Assembly: GCA_033763905.1 (NCBI GenBank)
Contig: JANRJP010000112.1
Coordinates: forward strand, 1 to 25,419
DNA length: 25,419 nucleotides
Reading direction: 5' to 3'
Source: Gemmatimonadaceae bacterium
Lineage (GTDB): Bacteria > Gemmatimonadota > Gemmatimonadetes > Gemmatimonadales > Gemmatimonadaceae
Shown: piece after piece, positions 20,101-25,419 of the stretch
How the letters are laid out: every line of letters begins with the position of its first letter
Numbering within the stretch: position 1 is the first letter of the stretch
Position numbers and translations under genes: made by a program
Notes under the pieces: model-generated
Database searches by the model: none
Seen by the model: the letters and a program-made list of their open reading frames with translations, nothing else
What the model was told of the DNA's origin: nothing

Positions 20101-22987
20101 TGCTACCGCCATTCACGGCCGTCGGGAGCGCCGACACGCGTAGCGCGCGTGGCGTGCCGGGCGCCCTGATCGAGAACGTGTCCGTCGTCACGGCCGTCAA
20201 GCCCGTTGCACTGAAGACCAGGCGATAGCCCGCGCCCGCGGCGGGCACCGTGACGCTGTCGAACGTCGCGATGCTGAGGTTCGTCGTGCGCGTCGACTGC
20301 CCACCGAGCGTGATCGTGTTGCCCGCCGCATCCCGCGCCGAGACCGCGATGATTAGCGAGTTCGCCACGCTCTGTCCCCCAGGGAGGAAGGAGGTCAGGT
20401 TGCCGAGAGAATCGTGGATGGCCACCTGAACTGCGGGAATCGCCGTGTTGACGCCAGCGGCTGCGGGCTGGTTGACGAGGGCCAACCGGTTGGCGGCCGC
20501 GGCGAACACCTGAATCGGCCCGCTCGTGTCGGCACCGAGTCCCGGCGCCGAGATCGCCAGCCGGTAGGTGCCAGCCTGCCGCAACCGCGCAGCCGGGAAC
20601 GCAATGCCGGCCCCAAACACCGAGTCGACGGGGTTGGTGACAACCGCGCCCTGCGGACCAGACACAATGGACACCGTGTAAGGCAGCCGAGTCACCGACG
20701 ACCGTACGCCCGCGGAGTCGAGCAGCTCAATGCCCGGAACTGAGCCCGGCGCACCGTAGGAGGCTGGCGTCTTGTCAACGAAGCGGAGCCGCCGCGGTGT
20801 GCCCGGGGCGCGAACATCGAACGGATCTGAGGTCGTTCCGATCAAGCCCGTACTCGTCGCGACCAGCCGGTACGCTGCGCCCGCGGTTGGAACCGAGACG
20901 TTGAACGCTGCCGTACCGTTGGACGTCGTCCGCAAGGTATCAGTGATCGCGGCGCCTGCCGGGTTGGTCGCGAGCCGCAACGCGATCGGAATACCGCTGT
21001 TGAATATCGGATTGCCGCCGCTGTCGGTGACCGACACGCGGATGCTCTGGGACACCGATGGCCCGACGCTCGCAGGGGGCGCGCTGAAGCGGAGTGCGGC
21101 TGCTGGCCCAGAGTTGAGGAAGAACGTGTTCGAGGTGGTCGCGAGTCCGCCTGGCGTGCGCGCTTCGATTCGGTAGCTGTTGCCAGCGCCCGCTCCGACA
21201 ACGCGGATGTCGTCGAAGGTGACGCGTCCGGCGACGGCGGTCCGCCGCGTGGTGCCGGTCAACTGCATGCCGGCCGGGGCACCGGAGAGCGAAAGAATCA
21301 CGGTGTCCGTCGCGCCGGCGGCCCGTGCGCCAGTTGCATCGCGGAGTTCGAACGCGAACGGCTGCATCACCGACCCACCCGCCACTGCGATCGGCTGCGT
21401 CGTCACGATGAGTTGGGTGGGCGCACGTCCAACTGGGAAGGCTGCACTGGTGTCGGGGGCCAAGCCCGCACGGGCAGCAACCAATCGCAACGCGCTGGCC
21501 GTGTCCGAGAAAACGAGCGAATCAAAGCGTGCCGCCCCCGCGGCCGCAGCTACGGTCGCCCGACCGCTGAACGTCCCCCCGTTTCCGCCGCTCGACGGAG
21601 GCAAGAGCGTCACGGCGATGGAGTCGTTGAAACTGGACACCACATTGCCCGCGGAGTCGACGACGGACGCGGTGGGCGCTGGCGACAACGGCTGACCGAT
21701 CCCGCCGCCAAGGGGCTGCTGCGTAAATCGGACGCGGGCCGCGCCGCCAGGAAGCGCGGTCGCGGTGATAACGATCGGCGGGAGGCCGGTCACCGTTGCG
21801 ATCAGGGAGTCAACGCCGCTGGTCGGGCCGAGCGTCCAGCTGCCGGCGGTCGCCTGACCCGCCGCGCCAGTGGTCTGCGACGCCCCGGTCACGACGCCAT
21901 TCCCCGCGTTCGGCACACTGAAAGTGACGGCAACCGAGGGAATACCCTGACCACCTGAATCGCGCACAATCACCGCTGGCGCCACGGGTACCGCGGTGCC
22001 GTAGCGAGCACTCTGGCCGGAACCCGCCGAGATCACGAGCGACGCTGGCACCTGCGTGACCGAGGTGCCAGCTCGGGCGGACGAAAGGGCGCCACTCGTC
22101 ACGACGAAGCTTGCGGTGTCACGTTGGCGCGCGACCAAGCGGGGCGCGGCCGCAACGGTGGAATCGATCTGCAGCCGCAAGGTGTCGATGCCGCTCACCC
22201 GATACGGCGCGCCGACGATGGCTGAGTCGCCCGCATCCAGCACGCGCACCTGAGGGGCCCGCGACCGGAACAGCGCGTTAAACGCGACCGGGGCGGTCAC
22301 AATGCGCGTCGGACGCCGCCGAATCGGCACGCGGACCGAGTCCGACACGCCGTCGAACGAGGCCACAAGCCACACCACCCCGGTGTCGCGCGCGATAAAC
22401 GTCGACCCGCCCGGAGTTGAGGCACGAAGGCGGAATGTGTCCCGCGACACGAGCGTGGCTGCAAGCTGCGGAGCGCCCGCGATCCCCCCGCCGCCTGGCA
22501 GCGCTCCACGAACGACCACCGACCGCTGGTTCGCGGCATTCAAGGGCCCGAGCCCCGCAATGGTGTCGATTGGATCAAACCGAATCGCCCCGTATCGCAC
22601 ACGGATAGCCGCAGTGTCGCCGCGGCCATCGGGAATCTCTGGTGCACGAACCAAGGCGACGATCCGGGCGGTCCCGTTCCGCCGCCCGGTGACCCAGCCG
22701 GTGGCCCCGCGAACCGAATCGACGCGGGCGACGGTGGTGTCGGTCGAGACATACGAAATGGTGGTCCGCTGGAAATCCGTGCCGGCTTCACTCGCCGACA
22801 ACGCAAACGGGCGCGAGACCCCAACCGTCAAGAGCGAGTCACCGGCGAGCGAGACGGAAACCGTTGATCCCGCATCCGTGCTGGTCAGTTTGTCCAGCCC
22901 GCAGCTCCAGACGGATGACGCGAGCAGGAGCACCCCGAGCGAGGCAAGCGGGGCGCGACGAGGAGACCGAGCGGCAGACGCAGGCAT
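17174..22987 (-). CDS. Giant lipoprotein with tandem bacterial Ig-like (invasin/Big-type) repeats
   Basis: Start at ATG 22987 gives a signal peptide ending in lipobox VWS-C; about 14-15 ~100-aa repeats of the form L.F..QP...V.DS.GN...G.ATF..L...G.GY.L.A...GL...S.PF.V. Confidence 0.85.
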   Translation of the reverse strand: MPASAARSPRRAPLASLGVLLLASSVWSCGLDKLTSTDAGSTVSVSLAGDSLLTVGVSRPFALSASEAGTDFQRTTISYVSTDTTVARVDSVRGATGWVTGRRNGTARIVALVRAPEIPDGRGDTAAIRVRYGAIRFDPIDTIAGLGPLNAANQRSVVVRGALPGGGGIAGAPQLAATLVSRDTFRLRASTPGGSTFIARDTGVVWLVASFDGVSDSVRVPIRRRPTRIVTAPVAFNALFRSRAPQVRVLDAGDSAIVGAPYRVSGIDTLRLQIDSTVAAAPRLVARQRDTASFVVTSGALSSARAGTSVTQVPASLVISAGSGQSARYGTAVPVAPAVIVRDSGGQGIPSVAVTFSVPNAGNGVVTGASQTTGAAGQATAGSWTLGPTSGVDSLIATVTGLPPIVITATALPGGAARVRFTQQPLGGGIGQPLSPAPTASVVDSAGNVVSSFNDSIAVTLLPPSSGGNGGTFSGRATVAAAAGAARFDSLVFSDTASALRLVAARAGLAPDTSAAFPVGRAPTQLIVTTQPIAVAGGSVMQPFAFELRDATGARAAGATDTVILSLSGAPAGMQLTGTTRRTAVAGRVTFDDIRVVGAGAGNSYRIEARTPGGLATTSNTFFLNSGPAAALRFSAPPASVGPSVSQSIRVSVTDSGGNPIFNSGIPIALRLATNPAGAAITDTLRTTSNGTAAFNVSVPTAGAAYRLVATSTGLIGTTSDPFDVRAPGTPRRLRFVDKTPASYGAPGSVPGIELLDSAGVRSSVTRLPYTVSIVSGPQGAVVTNPVDSVFGAGIAFPAARLRQAGTYRLAISAPGLGADTSGPIQVFAAAANRLALVNQPAAAGVNTAIPAVQVAIHDSLGNLTSFLPGGQSVANSLIIAVSARDAAGNTITLGGQSTRTTNLSIATFDSVTVPAAGAGYRLVFSATGLTAVTTDTFSIRAPGTPRALRVSALPTAVNGGSRFSPVFRVSIIDSVGTTVSSRSDSVFVSLRGPTGAALSGTSRVAAVNGVASFPTLTIARADTGLRLIATTNAAGVTPDSTPSFRVNVGPVTRLRIVSAPTEQVAGGLATPSLVLAAADSGGNTVTTSTDSVTFSAVPFGVNYDGTRTIRKALVNGLATFDSVHAFGTPGTSVRYFGRGITRSYTAVDTSAPVVLRAGLPARLDIEAQPRGRYFQTWDFGVSARVYDASNNFIDTVSRPVQVTVIGGTPGAVLRGALTTTSGVASGRLVIETPGRDYRLVVSAQGLAPDTSAPFSIFGPAVRAAVLSAPSTGVRGGALAPIRLVPVDSLGTAVSFTGTSVSLAGRVSGTLIRQTAVFDTLAVATFSDLRPDSSGRIVLQTGISGVIAPIADSVVITVARYSAAQSLAFVQQPASLLAGTVMTVTPSVAIRDSVGNVVADSAGRVVTLSLASNPGAGFLSGTLSATQAPGSGLLAFPNLSINNVGTGYVLLAATPGVNAAASQPFNVVGTADAIALRFVTNTVPSSVSAGATLAGSAGTLAVEVINSSGARVTTSTAPITLSVRDNRAPLAGAVTVSAVNGVATFPTAALTRADTGFVLLATSGSLVGTQAPTAVTVSPAAPTALVVLDSLPTTEAGQVWPAIRVAVTDAYGNVVRTATDTVVLVPDPSTPTTYFYSANFIGGVGTQPPVLRVPAVNGIATFTGLRPRRTSTAGSNVAYNYLRFSATGRSDARSPSFTVVAGAVTNVFPGLFVKNDYVRNEPIRGVVYAADSLGNIRSTQNTATLSVTLEDGSPLPTGVTATFDATTVSTSLTGTSNQWRLLVTGGTGTLRLRIRVTSPGLATAYDVAPTVAEFGPAARLAFTQQPSNAARNAVIAPPVVVAVTDTIGNIVTNLSTGTNGLTGTIELDLPDGATIGGPTTVLIGGASVSLVNGRATFPALQVNNAGAGFQLRARVTTGTTVPGNPPASTSTPFTISP

Positions 22988-23127
22988 GTCGAGCGGCGGG
23001 GTACGGAGACGGTTAGCGACGTTTGACCCGAGGAGCAGCATCGCGACCCGGAAGGGCGGCCACGACACCTCACAAATGTCGCGGGCCGCATTTCAGGCGA
23101 CCTCAACCCGTCAAATGTTTCACTTAC

Positions 23128-23146
23128 GCAACACAACGCAAGGTCA
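23128..23146 (+). repeat. GCAACACAACGCAAGGTCA motif, copy 2
   Basis: Matches 5423-5442 (-) with one indel. Confidence 0.6.
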
Positions 23147-23188
23147 CGTGGAAGGGGGCGCCGGTTATTATTCTCGTCTCCGCATTGC

Positions 23189-23217
23189 TTGACTTCCCCC
23201 CCTGCCGTCGGTACGAT
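23189..23217 (+). promoter_or_regulatory. Sigma70-type promoter of rpsL-rpsG
   Basis: TTGACT (23189-23194)-N17-TACGAT (23212-23217), followed by leader hairpin 23226-23250. Confidence 0.8.
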
Positions 23218-23304
23218 TGAGGGCTCCCGACGGCTCTTCCAGCCGGCGGGGATGCGCTCTTGTTCGCAGTTCTGGAGCACCTTTCCCACGTTGCACCCGT
23301 AGCA

Positions 23305-23709
23305 ATGCCCACGATCAACCAGCTCGTTCGGCGCGCCCGTCGCGATGCGGTGGTGAAGTCGAAGTCGCCGGCGCTGAAGGCGAATCCCTTCAAGCGCGGC
23401 GTCTGCACCCGCGTCTACACCACGACGCCCAAGAAGCCGAATTCGGCCCTCCGCAAGGTCGCGAAGGTGCGCCTGCAGAACGGCATCGAAGTCATCGCCT
23501 ACATCCCGGGCGAAGGCCACAACCTCCAGGAGCACTCGATCGTGCTCGTGCGCGGTGGCCGTGTGAAGGACCTGCCGGGCGTTCGCTATCACATCGTCCG
23601 CGGCTCGCTCGACGCCGCCGGCGTCAACGGCCGCAACAAGAGCCGCTCCAAGTACGGGACCAAGAAGCCGAAGGCGGGTGCCGCCCCGGCTGGAGGCAAG
23701 AAGAAGTGA
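23305..23709 (+). CDS. rpsL: 30S ribosomal protein S12
   Basis: MPTINQLVR...[13 protein letters not shown]...[13 protein letters not shown]. Confidence 0.99.
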   Translation: MPTINQLVRRARRDAVVKSKSPALKANPFKRGVCTRVYTTTPKKPNSALRKVAKVRLQNGIEVIAYIPGEGHNLQEHSIVLVRGGRVKDLPGVRYHIVRGSLDAAGVNGRNKSRSKYGTKKPKAGAAPAGGKKK

Positions 23710-24176
23710 GCCGCCGCAAGAAGTCCGTAAAGCGCACGATCCTCGCCGATCCGCGCTACGACAGCCAGACTGTCGCCAAGTTCATCAACGTGCTGATGTT
23801 CGATGGCAAGCGCTCGCTCGCCGAAGGCATTTTCTACTCGGCGATGGACTTGGTCGAGAACCGCACGCAGCAGCCGGGCGTGAACATATTCAAGCAGGCG
23901 CTCAACAACCTCAAGCCGGTCGTCGAGGTCAAGAGCCGCCGCGTCGGCGGTGCCACCTACCAGGTGCCCGTCGAAGTCCGCCCCGATCGCCGCACGGCGC
24001 TCGCAATGCGCTGGCTCATCTCCTACTCGCGCGATCGCAGCGAGAAGTCGATGGCCGAGAAGCTCGCCGGTGAAGTGATTGCCGCCTCGAAGGGTGAAGG
24101 CAACGCGGTCAAGAAGAAGGAAGACACGCACCGGATGGCCGAGGCCAACAAGGCCTTCGCGCACTATCGCTGGTAA
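23706..24176 (+). CDS. rpsG: 30S ribosomal protein S7
   Basis: GTG start overlapping the rpsL TGA; SRRK...[18 protein letters not shown]...[15 protein letters not shown]. Confidence 0.99.
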   Translation: MSRRKKSVKRTILADPRYDSQTVAKFINVLMFDGKRSLAEGIFYSAMDLVENRTQQPGVNIFKQALNNLKPVVEVKSRRVGGATYQVPVEVRPDRRTALAMRWLISYSRDRSEKSMAEKLAGEVIAASKGEGNAVKKKEDTHRMAEANKAFAHYRW

Positions 24177-24199
24177 GCGGGTCAGGGAACTGCAGTGCT

Positions 24200-24233
24200 G
24201 GACGGGGCGTCGCGAACAAGCGGCGCCCCGTTC
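24200..24233 (+). terminator. Terminator-like hairpin after rpsG
   Basis: GGACGGGGCGTCGC-GAACAA-GCGGCGCCCCGTTC, 14-bp stem; U-tract weak. Confidence 0.6.
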
Positions 24234-24303
24234 GTGCATTCAGAGGGATCGCTTCGGGGAAAAGTGCTCCGCTGACTCCGTGGTGCTCGCGTATCCTCTG
24301 GCG

Positions 24304-24774
24304 ATGGTGCGGACCTTACGGAGAGCGGGAGTGGAGGGAACGGAGGGACGGAGGGGTACGGAGGGACTGCTCTACCGAGTCGTGGGGGCGGCGTTGCACG
24401 TTCACTCGCGGCTGGGGCCGGGACTCCTCGAGTCCGTCTATGAACGGTGCCTGGCGGTCGAACTGGCTGCGATGGGGATTCGGGTGAATCGGCAGGTCGC
24501 GGTGCCGCTGACGTGGCGTGAAGTGAAGCTCGCCGAGGCGTTTCGGGCGGACCTCGTCGTCGAGGATCGGCTACTGCTCGAGATCAAGGCGGTCGAGGCG
24601 ATCGCGCCGATTCATAAGGCGCAGGTCCTGACCTATCTGCGACTGTCAGGCCTCCACCGAGGGCTCCTGCTCAACTTCAACGTCGTGCACTTGAGGGACG
24701 GGATGGCCCGCGTCACGAACTTCGCGGCCTTGGCGCACGATGCTCGAAGAGCGGGAGAGGAGGACACAGAGTAA
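24304..24774 (+). CDS. GxxExxY family protein (PD-(D/E)XK nuclease superfamily)
   Basis: LGPGLLESVYE (GxxExxY), FRADLVVE...LEIKAV (D...ExK), AQVLTYL, GLLLNF; start codon uncertain. Confidence 0.93.
   Translation: MVRTLRRAGVEGTEGRRGTEGLLYRVVGAALHVHSRLGPGLLESVYERCLAVELAAMGIRVNRQVAVPLTWREVKLAEAFRADLVVEDRLLLEIKAVEAIAPIHKAQVLTYLRLSGLHRGLLLNFNVVHLRDGMARVTNFAALAHDARRAGEEDTE
24320..24364 (+). repeat. Left arm of 45-bp inverted repeat (ACGGAGG units)
   Basis: GGAGAGCGGGAGTGGAGGGAACGGAGGGACGGAGGGGTACGGAGG; 41/45 identical to the reverse complement of 24781-24825. Confidence 0.9.
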
Positions 24775-24825
24775 CGGAGGCCTCCGTGCCCCTCCGTCCC
24801 TCCGTGTCCTCCTCTCCCGCTCTCC
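24748..24825. repeat. Right arm of the inverted repeat plus a third partial copy, forming a large palindrome
   Basis: 24748-24767 is the perfect 20-bp reverse complement of 24804-24823; central ACGGAGG/CCTCCGT palindrome at 24774-24787. Confidence 0.9.
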
Positions 24826-24837
24826 CCGGACACGCGC

Positions 24838-25419
24838 TCACACCAGCGGCCCCCCTCGGGTCGGCGTAGGCGCCCGATGCTCCGACGTCGTCACTAGATC
24901 CGCCAGGAGCTGATCCCGCTCGCGCACCCCCGCCTCGAACGGCCCGATCAAGTGCGCGATCGAGTTCGCGTAGTACGAGATCAGCTCCCGCCCCCGCGGC
25001 AGCACGGCAAGCCCGTCGCCCGTCGGTGCCACCACGCGGCGCATCGCCAGCATCTCGAGCGCGCGGTCGAGCAAGGTGTCGATGTTGCCCTCGCCTTCCA
25101 GTCCTTTTGCCGACAGCTCGCGCAGCACGTCGCGCACTTCTTCCACCCGCTCGCGCAGCGCGGCCCGCGACACGAAATCGCCGCCCAGCGTCTGCAGCGC
25201 CGCACACACCAGCGGCACGGGCGTCACTGGCATCAGACGGCCGATCCGCGCCATCAACTCGTCCATCAGCCCCTGCACGCGCCCCAGGCGCTCGGCGCGC
25301 GGCAAGTCGAACAGCGCCTGCCCTTCGGTCTCGAGCCACGGCGCCAATGGCACCGGATCCCCGATCGTGACCGCCGCCAAGCCATAGCGTCGCCAACGCC
25401 CGATCGTGAGACGCGTGAG
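24838..25419 (-). CDS. Glycerol-3-phosphate acyltransferase (PlsB-like), 3' part
   Basis: Frame open to the window end; RWRRYGLAAVTIGDPVPL and C-terminal SYYANSIAHL resemble PlsB-family C-termini; catalytic HxxxxD not in the window. Confidence 0.6.
   Translation of the reverse strand, partial: LTRLTIGRWRRYGLAAVTIGDPVPLAPWLETEGQALFDLPRAERLGRVQGLMDELMARIGRLMPVTPVPLVCAALQTLGGDFVSRAALRERVEEVRDVLRELSAKGLEGEGNIDTLLDRALEMLAMRRVVAPTGDGLAVLPRGRELISYYANSIAHLIGPFEAGVRERDQLLADLVTTSEHRAPTPTRGGPLV

Noticed and set aside
23217..23705. Extended rpsG ORF overlapping rpsL (possible frameshift fusion)
   Set aside because: Normal GTGA-coupled rpsL/rpsG starts explain the region
23305..23709. Streptomycin-resistance allele of rpsL
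   Set aside because: PKKPNS and RVKDLPG motifs are wild type
24187..24193. GAACTGC also at 9253-9259 as an inversion-breakpoint repeat
   Set aside because: Only 7 bp and in direct rather than inverted orientation; I found no convincing inverted repeat joining the two breakpoint regions
24320..24825. CRISPR array or classical IS element
   Set aside because: No regularly spaced direct repeats with spacers, no DDE/HUH transposase, no clear target-site duplication

Overview
High-GC bacterial window, most likely Gemmatimonadota (inferred from the atypical EF-Tu switch I sequence and the gene repertoire). Positions 1-9203 (- strand) hold fusA-tuf-rpsJ-rplC-rplD-rplW-rplB-rpsS-rplV-rpsC-rplP-rpmC-rpsQ-rplN and the start of rplX. 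The str operon is split: rpsL-rpsG lies about 14 kb away on the opposite strand (23305-24176) with its own promoter and terminator-like hairpin, while fusA has a separate look-alike promoter and a highly structured leader of about 360 nt. Between the two halves is a candidate trans-envelope signalling cluster: a ~1940-aa Ig-like-repeat lipoprotein, two paralogous zinc-ribbon/Ser-Thr kinase/PEGA membrane proteins, a secreted helical protein, a small beta-barrel-like protein, an FHA protein, and a convergent degenerate FHA/trypsin-like protein. After rpsG comes a GxxExxY nuclease-family gene bracketed by 45-bp inverted repeats, then the 3' part of a PlsB-like acyltransferase. All calls come from reading the sequence by eye; no searches or folding programs were run.
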